DNA of 64,000 nucleotides from Prorocentrum cordatum (GCA_963575745.1 CAUYUJ010000048.1:248001-312000), one strand, 5' to 3'; shown: positions 12,585-25,774, counted from the stretch's first letter. The notes: generated by a model from the sequence alone, not told the origin. Made by a program: numbers and translations.

Positions 12585-14884
12585 AGGTCGCCACAAAATG
12601 AATATGTTTGTAGAGGCTGCTACAAGAGGGTTTTAATTGTGGAACGTCTGCACCATGAAAGTACCGACAGTCACAGGTCTTCCTAGCTTGTTCTTATCTT
12701 GCCCTGTGAAAGCACCTGTTTGTTCATGCTTATCCTGTTTGTTCCTGTTTTCCTCTCGAGCTTTTCTGGGCTCAAGGTGCCGCCACTGCAGATCCCTCGC
12801 AATGAAAACCCTTTGTGTGAGGCCGCCACAAAAGACATCAATGTTGCAAAGGCTGCCATGAGAGGATTCTGTTTTAGGGAGGGATCTGCTGTGGCCTCCA
12901 TATTGGAATACGATTGGACAACAATGCGAACACAATAAGAATACATCCGGGATTACTCCATATCCCTCCTCCCCCTCCTGCAGTAAGAACACAATCGACG
13001 TGGCAACCGATGATGGAGACGCACAGGACATCACCAGGAAATCCGTCAAACATGCCTTGTCATAGTCGTACAAGCAAAGAGGCTCTCATTGGCCCGGGTT
13101 TACCGTGTGTCATGTGGGGGAGGGGGCGTAGATTCATACCACAACCACGCGCGTTTACTGCTCGCTAAGGCTCTAGCCGCCCCCAACCAGCTCGCATCGC
13201 AAGTTGCCAAGAAGGAATTCAGGGGCGATGCTCGAGCTCAGTCGGGGCTGGTAGTGGGACCCGAAGACCGGAGGATGGACGGTGCCATAAAGGTCGAGAT
13301 GTGAGTGCATCAAGCAAGAGGGGAAGGATACGACCACCATTATCCCTCACGTGAACGCTTCGCGTCCTCGTTAGCCCTGGGAACCCGAGGAGCTGAACAA
13401 AGGAGAGGCGTGCCCGAGTTTGGCTCTGTAGCTCACGCCACCAATGCTAAACCACGGGGCATCGAAGGCCGCCCCGCCCCCCCCCCCGTCTGGCGACGCA
13501 TCTGGGGCCAAAACATGGTGCAACGAAGGCGACACCACCATTCTGGGTCGCACAGACAGGGCCGAAAGTTCGATGCCTTGGGGTCCCGGGGAAATGCATG
13601 AACTATCGAAGAGCGTCCCAGCCACCTCCAGCTGTGCTTTGGCCGTGTTGGAGCCTCTCGGCTGCATGCTTGAGATGTGGTCTTGGAGTGATTGAGCCGT
13701 TTCAATGGCGCCTCCTGAGCCTCTTGGGCTGTCTTGGGGCCCTGGGGGTCTTGAGGCCGTAACGGGGCCGTCTTGAGCTCATCTTGGGCCGTCTTGGGGC
13801 ACTTTGCGCGTCTTGCGCCACTGTGGGGGCCATCTTGGGTCGTCTTGAGCCATGATGGGGGCCCTCTTGGGGCCCTCTTGAGCAGTCTTGAGCCTAGTCC
13901 TGGGTCCTTCCTGGGACACTCTTGGGGCTCTTATCATCACTCCCCCTTACATAGGTAGCACCCGAGTTTCAGCACAATGCAGACGACAGCCATGTCCGCG
14001 AAGCCCGCGAGGTGTGCCGCCCATGCCAGGTGCGCCACATTGGGCAATAGATCGACCCATCACCATCCCTTCTCAAGCACCAGTGCAAACATGACGGCGG
14101 ATCGGCGAGCATGGCGCATTTTGTGTGGGTGTGCACCTGCGATCATTTGGCACTTGTTTTTGACAGGGACGGTGGGTCTGCACACAGTACTGCAGGCAGC
14201 ACGGCGCTCCCCCCCGTCCCTGGCAAAACTGACGGGGTGGTGTGCGCGCAACCGCCCTCCTCGACGTCCAATGCGAAGCGGTCGCGGGACGTCTGGGCAC
14301 GATCCACATGTTGGTGCAAAGTGCATTTTGCTTTTTCTTTGTAAGTGATGGGTTGGGGCTGGGGGGTGGCATTGCACACAACAGGGGAACTGCCCGCCCC
14401 CCCCTCCGCCCCTACCAAGCATCAGTGCGCACACATCGCGGAGCATACGCGCATGATAAAGATTCTATAGGCTTACGCCACATCCGCCGACCCCTCATCT
14501 TGGCGGTCTTGCCGGCTCGCTTGAATCGGGCTGGGGAGTCGTGTAGGGGTCCATAATGACCTCTCTTGGGGCCATGTGGAATCCGCTTGGGGTCATCTCG
14601 AGGCCTTGGGGGGCCCATCGGAAAAGAAAGGACGCTAATGCAATCTTGGCATCGTTCTGGAGATGCCCAAAGGGTGGAAGCGTTGGAGTGGGGCCCGTAT
14701 ATTTCTTGCTGGGTTTGACTTCTTTGGTGAGGCGGGGTTGTTTTTTGGGGCATCCCTGAGCCCGCACGGGGAACCTCGGGGCTGTGGAGGGGACGAGTCT
14801 CACACGCTTGGGAACCGAGAAGGTGTTCGCGGTTTGTTTCGCATTGCTAGGTCCAGGCACGTTACGAGCCCGAGGCCATCGCCA

Positions 14885-14906
14885 CCATCATCATCATTAC
14901 CGTCAC

Positions 14907-14969
<63 letters not shown>

Positions 14970-15015
14970 TATCATCACTACCATCATCATCATGCTAAGC
15001 ATCATCATCATCGGT
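14885..15015. repeat. (CAT)n microsatellite
   Basis: Direct observation. Confidence 0.95.
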
Positions 15016-15071
15016 ATCATCCTCGTCATAAGCATTGTCGTCGTTGTCGCCATCACTGTCTCAAGGGATTA

Positions 15072-15678
15072 TATGTTGTACCTGACTGCGGGCCTCCGCG
15101 GTGGCATGTACATGCCACCATGGCAGCGCCATGGTGGCATGTACTGCGCGAAGTGCAGCGGTATCAAAGCCAAGCAGAACTCGCGGAAAGACAGCGCGAA
15201 GTGGAATCATAGCGTCGGAACAGTGCGATGTACGAACGGTAAGTGCCTGTCGCTATATGACGAAAAGGCGGATCTGTCGGAAGCTCAGGAGATGCACGAT
15301 GCTGCGGGGGAAAGGCTCTGTCGGAAATGCGCGGAAGAACGAGAGAAAGAGGTGCGACGGGGGAATGCGGAGGCAGCGAACCGCAAGCGGAAAGCCGAGG
15401 CAGACGCGAAGCCACTGACGTGTGCGACGTGCGGAGAAGCGTTCTCGGACACGAAACATTTGAAGCATAAGCAAGTGGAAGATCATCGAGCGGCGAAAGG
15501 AGCGAAAGTGGTGTGCGGAGGCTGCAAGAACCTCGGGTTCACAGCCCGCAGTTGCCAGGCGTATCAGTGCGGCGGCGCGTGCAAGAGAAGACTACCGAAG
15601 TCGGCGTTTTCCGGGGACCCCTCCAACGTCGTACGCGATGCAAAAAAAAGCACCCTGATATGCAAGACCTGCAAATGA
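15072..15678 (+). CDS. Cys-rich multi-CxxC zinc-finger protein (possibly a fragment of a gene or TE)
   Basis: Open frame with CAKC, CTNGKC, CRKC, CATC, CGGC, CGGAC...LPKSAFS...CKTC and a charged helical linker. True start is uncertain. Confidence 0.5.
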
Positions 15679-18600
15679 TGCCCAATCGGGGGCGCGCGTG
15701 CGGGGGAGGACAGGGGGGAGGGGGAGAGGGGGCGAGGCGGAGGATGGGGGGAGAAGAATCGGGGAGGAAGAGGATGAGGCGGGGGAGGAAGAGGAGGAGT
15801 GGGCGAGGAGGAGGTGGAAGAGGAAGAGGAGAGGGGGAGGAGGACGGGGACACAGAGACGAAACTCTGGGATATGTGCTATGGGTTAGAGGGTTTTTTTG
15901 CATGTGTATAGGGATCTCGCGGCACGCTTCTCGGGGACCTCTGGAACGCAGTTTTGAACCCACCTGGCGGCCGAGGTGGAGGGGGAGGGGGAGGAGGAGA
16001 AGGAGGAAGGGGACACAGAAGCATGGCTCTGGGTTATGGGTTTTGGGTCAGAGGCGTCTTGCACCAGGTTGGGACCAATTTGGAGGCAGGTTTTGCCGTT
16101 TTGGGGTCGTCTTAGGCCGAATTGGGAGGCGTCCAGGGCCGTGTTAGGATTCTCTGGGGCCGTGTTGAGGCCCTCTTGGGGCGCCGTGGGGCGATCTTGG
16201 AGGCTTTTGGGGCTACGTGAGCCGACGGAAGCCGGGAAAGGCAACAAGTGCAAACATGTTCAACAACGCAATGGAAATGTAATGAAATGCGTAATGTGCG
16301 CCTCTTTCAGATGTATTGGGGGTCTTTTTGGAGACTTCGTGGGCGATAGTGAAAGCCTTTTAGGCCATCTTGAGGCCATCTTGGGCCGTCTTCGAACTGT
16401 CTTGGGCCGTCTTGGAGCCATTTTGGGCTGTTTTGGAGCCATCCTGGGCCGTTTTGGAGCAATTTTGGCTTCGAGAGCGCGAGTCCTTTTGTGTGCGCAA
16501 ACGCAACCCCGCCACCGTGCCTGGGTTGTTGATATGAGACTTGTGCGGTGATCGTTGGGGTCTCTTGGGGGGCTTCTCGCGGGACTCTTGGAGGCAGTTT
16601 CGAAGCCTCTTGGGGGCCGTTGTGAAGCCGTTTTGGAGCCTCTTGGGGGCCTCTTGGGGCCTCTTGTGGGCGTCTTGGGGGCCTCTTGGGGCGTCTTGGG
16701 GCCTTCTGGGGCCGTCTTGGGGCGGAAGGCTCGGATTGTCGGTTCGGGCTCCCCCTCTTGGGCACCTCTTGGGGCCGTCTTGGGGCCCTCTTGGGCTGTC
16801 TTGGGGGCCTCTTGGGCCGTCTTGGCGCCCTCTTGGGCCGACTTGGGCGCCTCTTTGGGGCCTCTCGGGGCGGTCTTGGGGTGCTCTGGGACCGTCGTCA
16901 ACGCCGTGAAGGCCGAAAAGTAGTATATGATCAAAATGTACGCTTTCCCATAGGAATTTGACGATTTTCGGCGCTTCGGCCCTTCTGAGGACTGCTCTTG
17001 GGGGCCTCTTGGGCCGTCTTGGAGGCCTCTAGGCTCGTCTTGGGGGCATCTTGGGCGTCTGGGAGCGCTCGTTTGGCGCCTCGGAGCCCTCGTGAGCCGT
17101 TTTGGAGGAGTCTTGGGGCCTTCTTGGCCCGTCTTGATCCCTTTTTGGGCCCGAAAGAGCCCCGTGACGCGCTCGTCGTGGGCCCGGGGGGGGGGGGGGT
17201 CGAATCTCCGGTTTGGGGTCCCAGGGGGGGGGTTAGGGGGGGGGAACTATCTCACACGCCTAGAGACCCACAAGGGGTCGGCGGTTTTCGGGTGCAAAGT
17301 GCATTCGTTCTGTTTGCCAGCAATGGAATCGGGGGTGTTGGCATTGCGCACAGCAGGCAGCACGCGCATGATCCAGTGATTGGTGCGAAGCTCACTTCAT
17401 ATAGTTTTTCGCAAGGGATGATGGGGTGGAGAACGGCATCGGCCTGGTTTTGTCGCCGGTCGGTTGGGGGAGGGGGTGCCTTTCTTCAAGGAGCAGTGTT
17501 GGACCTTTCTCGGCAGGCGATAGCTGTTGGAAGAGGAGGCGCTTTCAACCACTCACTCCGGGGATTACCCCATGTCGGCAGAAAACCGTAAGCCGCATAT
17601 TGATAGAGAAAAGAGAGCATTCATTAGATTGCTCTGCACCTGCGATGGACCATGCGGGAGAGCATGTGGAAAACCCTTCGGGACATCATACGGGAGACCA
17701 TACGAGACCATACGGGATACCATGCGGGCGATCATATGGGAGACCACCAGTGAGACCACCGAGCTCCGACACCGCGAGTTTTCAAGTGCGGGGCTTTGGG
17801 AGCCCCGACATTTTCACCCAGAGCTGTCCTCCCACCCGAGCTACATCTCGATTGCCCTGGGGTCAGACACGGCCACCCCCCCCTTGGATGGCGCAACTAC
17901 GGAAAAGCGCCAGCACTACGGTTGATTCGTGTCGAGTCGACGCGGCGGCGGCCCCGCCGCGGACTTTCAAGGTTGAACGCAGCCAGTGGCCCCGAATCTG
18001 CCGCCGTGGAGTGATGTGGCGATCGAGACGCCGAACGTTCGAGACGTGGCAGGGTCCACGCGTCGTCAAAAAAACAGCGCCCAAGGCGTCAAGTACACGA
18101 GCCTGCTGCACGCGACTACCACGCCCAGCCAGGGCCCTCCCTCTCCTGGCCTCGGCCAGGAGGGCGCGCTGTCAGGAACAAGTGCGCCTGGTCGCGCGTC
18201 CAACTTAGACGCGCCGAGTACTGCTGCTGATGCTGCTCCGTGCTCTGCACAGAAGGTCTGGCCCTTGTTTCCGCGCCACCGTAGTCGCCACACCCTCAGG
18301 TGAGACTGCCTTGCGTTCTGACCGCCAGTATCGGAAGACCTGCAGCATGTTTCAGATTCGGGCGAACGGCTCCTTTGCAAAGGGGGTTTAAGAGATGCAC
18401 GCAAGAGCTCGTGCAATCGAGCGTGTTGGATCGTGCTGGATGCGGTCAGACTGCGATGTATTTGGCATCGCTTGTCCGTGAGAGACAGCGCGTCATGAGC
18501 CTCAGGATGAATTCTTGCACTTACTCTGCGACCCGTTTCAGTGAGCGGCTTGCATAAGGATCACGTACTTTTCAAGCGGGGCTCGGTCGTTCTTCAGGCT

Positions 18601-19659
18601 TTCATGCGTGATGCGTCGTTCCGTATGCGTTACTGATTGTGTCTCTTTCCTTGTGCTTTATTCCTTGGAACACGCGGGGCTTCGCTCCTGGCGCATCGTT
18701 CCTTAAGTCAGGCCGATGACTCTACGAAAGACCCCCTCTGCCCGGAGACGGAGGTCGTTGCGCTCTCGTGCCTCGCCCCGCTTCGCCGCGCCCCGCCGCT
18801 CGCTCGGCCGACGCCTCGCCTCCTGCGCCCGCGGACCGAACGACGTTCTCGCGTCGCGCGTCGCCACGGCACGATCCCGCGTGGGCGTCGCGTAAGGAAC
18901 GACAGATGTCGGGTTGACCCAAAAGGGGATCCAGCGACAGGGGGGGGGGCGCAACAGGTATGGTGCAATAGATCTGCGGGGCTGCAATACACGTGGGGCG
19001 TGCAATACATTCCCGGGCTCAAATGTATTGCTGCATTTTTGCCCGAGATACATTCGTCGCAGTAAATGCAATACAGTCCTCCGGCGCAGTACATTTGCAA
19101 CACAATTGCCCCAAACCTATTGCACCACCCACTTTCAGCTGGACCCCCTTTTGGGTCTTCCAGGTCGATCCGGCTCGAAACATGGTGCAGAGAGAGGGGG
19201 TCTTGGGCTCTGGTCGTGATTTTTTGCGATGTTGTAGCTTTTTTTGTAACGTCGGATCTCAGGGGAGGTTCCCCTGGCCCAAGGTGTTCTCCAGCTTTTT
19301 CGCTCCATTCTGGAGCCCCTCGGGCCCCTTGGGCCTCGTGGGGGGCGCTCTGGAGGCCCTGGAAATCCTGGGGGCACCATGGGCCAGGGGCTTCAGCAAC
19401 ACGCGGAGCGGGGAGGCGCGCTCGCCAGGAAGGCAGCGGGTCCTGACGTCCGTGTCGTTTAACCGATCCCTGTCCCCATCAGAGCTCGCTTCGCTTCCTC
19501 CGATTCGGTTCGATTCTGGTGGTTTCCGATTCCGAGTCGACTCGACTTCGGATTTCGACGCCGAAGACCGTGCACGCAGGGGCATGGACGCCCGAGCCAC
19601 GGCCTGCGTGCTCGCTGCTTCTTGCCCGAGGCGCCGCCTCTCTGGGGGGGGAGCAGGCC

Positions 19660-19834
19660 TCCTCCTCCTTTTTCTCCTCCTCCTTTACCTCCTTTTCCTC
19701 CTCCTCCTCCGCCTCCTCCTCCTCCGCGTCCTTCCCATCCTCCACCTTCTCCTCCTAAATCCTCCTCCTCCTCCTCCTCCCCCTCCCCCTCTTCCTCCTC
19801 CTCCTCCTCCTTCTCCTCCTCCTCCTCCTCCTCC

Positions 19835-19865
<31 letters not shown>

Positions 19866-20028
19866 TCTCCTCCTCCTCCTCCTCCTCCTCCTCCTCCTCC
19901 TCCTCCCCTCCTCCTCGTCCTCCTTCACATCCTCCTCCTCCTGCTCCTACTCCTCCTCCTCCTTCACCTCCTCCTCCTCCTCCTCGTCCTCCTCCTCCAC
20001 CTCGTTCTCCTCCTCCTTCTCCTCCTCG
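19660..20028. repeat. (CCT)n microsatellite (many similar CCT/GGA tracts occur across the window)
   Basis: Direct observation. Other tracts at ~4550-4640, 21210-21350, 27350-27460, 51740-52120 and 57710-57930. Confidence 0.9.
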
Positions 20029-20479
20029 GGGCCCCCACCAGCAACAGCAAGATTTCAGCACTAAACTGCTTTAGGACCTGCCGCCACCCCAACGGAGGCA
20101 TGAAACGCAGGCCGTGTTTTGCCCCCCCAGTAACCCTCGATTCAATGATCAGGGACTTACAGCAAGTGTCTGGGTAGGACAGCTGACAGACCTCATTCAG
20201 TCAGATGCGCTCCTCCTCCTCCTCCTTCTTCTCCTGCTCCTCCTCCTCCTCCTCCTCCTCCGCTCGCTCGCGAGGCCGCCGCGGAGGAGGCCTCGCGCGT
20301 GTCGCGGGCCGCCGGGCGGCCCGCCCCCGGCAGCGGGGGGCCGGACGCGAAGCAGGCGCGCGCGCGCGGCGTCCTCCCCGCGCCAGGAAGGGGCACGCGG
20401 TTCTCGTCCCGATGCCTCCAGCTCGATGCGATTCTCAGGGGAGGAGTCAGGTACCCGGGCTGCTTCCCGCTACACCATA

Positions 20480-20680
20480 CGGGTTTGGGTGCATGGTGCA
20501 GTTGGTTCTCTCAGAGGAGGAAGAGGTATCCGTACTGCTATCTTTCGGCCGTTCTCCCCTTCTTGGGACCTCTTGGGAGGCCCTCGTCACCACCGCTGGA
20601 TTCGCCTCGGGATTCTGGTCCGAACGCACCCCAGGAGAGGTCCAGGGAGTATCGGTACCTTTTGGTTTCCCCAGATTCGA
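20480..20680 (+). repeat. Dispersed ~200-bp repeat
   Basis: GGGAGGCCCTCGTC(A/G)CCACCGCTG...ATTCTGGTC...GGTTTCCCCA is shared with ~32465-32665 and ~52550-52725. Confidence 0.75.
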
Positions 20681-21166
20681 TGTCAATGTCGAGGGCTTCC
20701 GATTCGACTAAGACTTCGACTTCGATGTCGAGGACTTCGATTCGACTTCGCTTCGGCTTCGACTTCGACTCGGCTTCGGTTCGACTTCGGTGTCGATGGT
20801 TTCGGATCATACCCACAGGGGGGGGCAAAGGAGGCTATGGGTGCGTGTTGTCGGAGTGGGGTCCCCGCTCGAATGGGAGCCTCCCCCAGGGTCTGGCAAC
20901 CCGCACCCACAACCCATAGCCAGTCCTCCTCTCTCCGACTCTCCTATGGGTATGGGTGCGTGTTGTTCGTTCGTGAGATCCCGATTCGATTCGACTTCGG
21001 ATTTTGATTCGGATTCCGATTTCCCCATGGATGCGTAGTGGCCTGCCAGTTTCCATCGACTCGACTTCTCCCGACTCGGCTGCCGATCTCAGCCGATCCG
21101 ATTCGTCTCGATTGCCGATCCGACTTGGCGATTCGATTCTGGGCTCTCCTGGGTCTGGGGCCTCAG

Positions 21167-21407
21167 GTGATGGGCCTGTTTTCCACCACCACCACCATAA
21201 GCTGGAGGGGGGGAGGAGGAGGAGGAGGAGGAGGAGGAGGAGGAGGAGGAGGAGGAGGAGAAGGAGGAGGAGGACGAAGAGGAGGAGGAGGAGGAGGAGG
21301 AGGAGGAGGAGGAGGAGGAGGAGGAGGAGGAGAGGAGGAGGAGGTGGAGGAGGACCCCTCCCCCTCCAACTTACTGTGGTGGTGGTGGTGGACAACAGGC
21401 CCATCAC
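21167..21407. mobile_element. Foldback element with a (GGA)n core
   Basis: ~45-bp inverted arms GTGATGGGCCTGTT..CCACCACC / GGTGGTGG..AACAGGCCCATCAC, flanked by the direct repeat GTCTGGGGCCTC (21153-21164 and 21410-21421). Confidence 0.65.
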
Positions 21408-21989
21408 GAGTCTGGGGCCTCCGGGTCCCCGGTGTCGTGAGGACGTCGCGAAGGGGCGGCTTGGGGCCCTTTTGGTTCGGCTTCCGGGGGGGCGCTCGCT
21501 GGGCGCTGGGGCCGTCCGCAGACGGCTCGGGGCAAGAGGCCAGTCTTAGACGTCGGGCCTGTCCCTCTACAGGGGGAATGCTCAGACGCAGGAACAAATA
21601 GCCTGGGGACGATGTTCTGATAACGGTTTGACTATTTGTGGGCATTTGTGGGGTAGTTGATTTTGCGACCAAAATCCGCCTGTAGGTGGACATGCCCGAC
21701 CTAAGGCAAGAAGCCAGTCCTGGGGAGTGGGTCGTGAGGGGCGACGTTGTGAAAACATCATTGACGTCGGGGGTTCAGGAGCGGTATATCCACACCAGTC
21801 ATATCGTCAGACAGACAGGCCGCTGGCATCGGATCACCCGTACGCGCCGGCCGCTGAAGGCAGGCATGTGCATGCTTGGATTCCCAGGCCCCACTCTTTT
21901 TCAAGTGCCTGCCTACTTGAAGGATCGTCATGCGTTTGCTGTGCTATGTACCATGAGCCGTACTACCCGGAGCACTTGCTCTCGCAGCT

Positions 21990-23050
21990 CCAGCCGATCA
22001 CCATGTGGAGCTTGGACCAGGCCATTGCCTCTTTTCCGGTCGGTGCGGGCTTAGGTGCCGATCACCTGGCGCCGAGGGCCATCCAGCGGCGTCCGATTGC
22101 GGCCCGCATGTTGCTCATCCACATTCTTCTCGCTGCTGAGCGGCTCGGTGGGTGGACTGCTGCATGCAGCCTGGTGCTGATCGTGCTGTTGCCCAAGCCT
22201 GACGGCGGCCTCCGGCCCATCGGACTGTTTCCCACTCTCATCCGAGTGTCGATGCGCACGCGGGCGAACGTGGCCCGGGCCTGGGAAGCAGCGCACGCCC
22301 TTCCATCGGTCTTCGGCAGCGCTGGGCGCGGTGCGCAGCGCGCGGCCTGGGCCGCGGCGTTTGCAGCCGAGGCTTCTGCCGCCTCCGCGCGCCACCACGT
22401 CGCCTCCCTCCTCGACCTCGTCAAGGCTTTCGAGCGGGTGCCGCACCACCGCGTGGCCGAGGCAGCGGCGCGTTCGAACTTCAACTTCGTCATCCTGCGG
22501 CTCTCGCTGGCGGCGTATCGTTTGGCTCGGGCGATCGGCGTGGAGGGCACGTTTTCGTGTCTACTCATCGCCACTCGTGGCATCACGCCCGGCTCCAGTT
22601 TCGCCACGCTTGAGCTGCAGATGTTGTTGCACGAGTCCATGCTCATTGCGTCGCGGCGGTGGCCCTTATTACGTCTGTACTTGTACGTCGACGACCTGAC
22701 CATCGCTGCTTCGGGCTTCTCCGATGAGGCTGTGTTCACCGAGGCGCGCGGCACGGATTTCTTCGTGGGCATGTTCGAGCGCTGCTTGAAGCTCACGGCA
22801 TCGACCACGAAGTCGTTCGCGGTCGCCTCGAAGCCGAGCCTGGCGGTCAAGCTGTCCCGCATGACTCGGCAGCGGCTGCTGGTGCCGAAGCGCAGCGTCA
22901 AGCTGCTAGGCACTCCTTTCGCCGCCGGTCGCGCTCGGACAGTGGGGGTCCTGAAGAGCCGCCACAAGGAGTTCCGTACACGAGTTCCCAGGGTGCACGC
23001 TCTGCGACGCCAACGGGTTGACGTGACGCGAGTCGTCAAGGCGATGGGGG
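21990..23050 (+). pseudogene. Reverse transcriptase domain of the LINE
   Basis: RT motifs as above, including catalytic YVDD. No APE endonuclease is recognisable upstream. Confidence 0.85.
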
Positions 23051-23059
23051 GGCCCCAGC

Positions 23060-24748
23060 ATGCTCCACGGCATTGACATCGTCGGGGCCTCCAGCACGCA
23101 CCTCCACAGGGTCAGGGTCGCCGCTCTCTGCGCCGCCCTGCCGACGGGCGCGAGCCGCCAGGTCGATGTCGGCTTTGCCGTGCTGGACGCTGGAGGCGCC
23201 GCCTTGGACCCGGCCTACGCCGCGCACGCCACCCCGTTGCGCCATTGGGGATGGGCTTATTGGCAGGACTGGGCGCCCGCAGTGGACCTCGACTGCGCTT
23301 TCGAGACGTCGCGGCATCGTCTGGCCGCGCTCGCAGCGAGCGGCAGGTCTCCGTGGACTGCCGTTGCTGGCCCGGTGGCTGCTGTCATCGCCACGGCCTG
23401 GCGTCTCGGGTGGCAGCGCGTTTCCCCGAGGCGGTTCTTCGACGACTTGGACGAACCTGTTGGCTTCATCCTGATGTCGCCCGCCATGGCGGCGGCCGCT
23501 GTGCACAGATCGGTCGACAGGTGGCGCACGAAGCGCGTCGTCTCCGAGCTCCCAACCATCGTCGACGGCCCGCCTGACTTGGCGAATGCCCAGGGCACCA
23601 ACTACTTCACAGTCCCAGTGGGGCGCCCCACTGCGCGTCTGCTGAAGGGCCAGGGCCGGTCGAGCCGCACCGTACCGCCGTGGTCGCGGAAATTACGGTC
23701 GATGCTGCTATCCGCCGCCACCGGCGGCCAGTGGCCCCAGGCCCGCCTGGCCCGGCTGCGGGGCGCCGACAGCGTCCAGGACAGGAACTGCCAGCTGTGC
23801 GGCGCAGCCGTGGGCACGCTCCTGCACCGCCGCGTCTTCCAGGAGACGTTGCCGCCAGAGGGATGGCCGCAGCCGCCGGCTGCCTGCCAGGACATCTCCT
23901 CCTCGCTCTCGGAGGCCCGGGCCGCGCTCCTGCGCACGCGCGGCTTCCTCGCACTTCGGTTGCCGCGCTCCCCTGTGCAGGAGGAGTTCGCCGCCCGCTG
24001 GTTCACGGAGCCGCCAGACGAAACTCGCGACGACCTCAACACGGACGGGTCTCTGAGGTTCGGCCCGCTTTGGGAGCTCCGTCGGACTGGATGTGGCATT
24101 GTGGTCGTGTCTGATTGCGGGGATCTGGTGGCTTTCGGTGCTGCTTGCCCTCCTCCTTGGATTCGCACAGCGGCGGCAGCAGAGTTGTGGGCAGTGGCGC
24201 CCGCGCTCACTATCGCCTTCACGCCGCCCCGCGCCCGCGCCGACTGCCAGTCCATCCTCGCAGTAGCTGCTGCCGGCACGCCGCAGGCGACCAAGCCCAC
24301 GCGCATGCTTGCGCAGTTATGGCCACGCGTGGCCACGCCGGTGGACGGCGACGTCTCGGTGCTCGTCGCGTCCGGCCGGCTCACATGGATGCCAGCGCAC
24401 GGCAGTTTGGCCAGCATCGGAATTGCCATGCGCTCCGACGGCGGTTTCGTGACCACCGTGGACTGGCGTGCGAATCGGTTGCCGAACGCTGCCGCCAAGG
24501 CCGCTGCGGGCTGCCCGCCGCCGTGTGCTACGGGCGCGCGGCTCCTGCAGGAGGCTGAGCTGCTGGTGGCGCACGAGGGCGCGATCCTTGGGGCGGTCAC
24601 TTACGCCGCCAACAACCACGTCCGTGAGTTGGTCGGGCCAGGCGGCGCCGTCCGGCGTGTCACGGTGCGCGACGCGGCTGCCGCGCGGCGCCCGCGGGCG
24701 CGGCCCTGCACCGGCGCCCCGCCGCAGCGTGCGCCGCCAGCGCCGTAG
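23060..24748 (+). pseudogene. C-terminal Zn-finger/RNase H part of the LINE ORF
   Basis: RNase H acidic motifs are present. The usual final Asp (N..AD) appears replaced (NRLPN). Confidence 0.8.
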
Positions 24749-25104
24749 CTGCCCGCGGCGGCGCTACCCCCGCCCGCCGCGCTGCCGCCTGCCGGGGCCG
24801 CGGCTGCTGCCCGCCCGCGCGCGCTGGGGGCGCGTCGTGCGGCGCACGCCGCTGCAGCCCAGGCGGCCTCGGCTGCGCGCGCGGCCGCTGCCGACGCGGC
24901 CACGCTGGCCATTTGCGAGGCGCGGGCGGCCGCGGCGCGGCCGTCCTCGGCGCCGCCCGCGGCCGAGCGCTGCCCTCTGGGCGCGCGTCCTCGCCGGCAC
25001 CAGCAAGGGCGGCCGCGCCCGGGGACCCGCGGCGGCTGGCTGACCTGGCCGCCGTCCTCCCCCTTTCCTCCTCCTCCTCCTCCTCCTCCTCCTCCTCCTC
25101 CTCC

Positions 25105-25139
<35 letters not shown>

Positions 25140-25774
25140 GTCATCATCATCATCATCATCATCATTGGGTGCACCGAGCTCTCGCGGGCGCGTTCGCTTC
25201 GCTCCGCTGCCCCGGGTCTCTCTCGACGTGGAAACGTTCTTGGAGCGGGCCCGAACCCAATCTGCTCGATCCGCCTTCCTCCTCCGCCCCTTCAGACCGA
25301 CGGGCATCTGCGCTGGTCGTGCCGTAAGATGAGAAGGGCCGCTGGCGTCGGATCACCCGTGCTGAGCTCTCAGGGTCGACTTCTGTGTTTTTTGGGGCCT
25401 CGGAGCCCGGATCCGCGCTCCGCGCCGCGGGGGGTGGCACCGGCGGGGGGCCGAGGCCTGGGCGCCGCGGCTTCCTGTCGCGTCCGGCGCCTTCCGACTC
25501 GTTCGCGGATCGCGAGGCCCTCGCGGCTCCTGAGTGCAACGCTCCTTCCGAGGCAGCCCGAGGGACCCTCAGAAGGCTCCAGTCACCACCCGCCAAACCC
25601 CCAACCCAACCCGAAGCCGTCAATGCGCCTTCCACTTCCAGTGGGGGGGTCGGGGAACGTTGAAAAAATATGGAACCCGTACCCCCCCAACCCGAAGTTC
25701 GGGCCAAATTCGGGTCAAATTCGGGTCTTCGGGTTGGGTTGGGGGTGGTCCGGTAGGTAGGCATTCAGGCAGGC

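Larger units (their letters stand above)
9080..12905. repeat. ~320-bp repeat array with an orientation switch near 10100, interrupted by an insertion at 10790-12584
   Basis: GGGGGATCTGCAGTGGCGGCACCTTGAGCCCAGG occurs at ~9170, 9490 and 9810. Its reverse complement occurs at ~10293, 10635 and 12766. Confidence 0.8.
21727..24748 (+). mobile_element. Non-LTR (LINE-like) retrotransposon: reverse transcriptase, Zn-finger and RNase H; 5'-truncated and frameshifted
   Basis: RT motifs PKPDGGLRPIGL, LLDLVKAFERVPH, RGITPGS, LYVDD and KLLG. A frameshift near the G-run at ~23046 leads into ORF 23060-24748, which has CQLC...TLLHR and RNase H motifs TDGS, AELWA, DCQS, WMPAH and NRL..AAAK. Confidence 0.9.
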
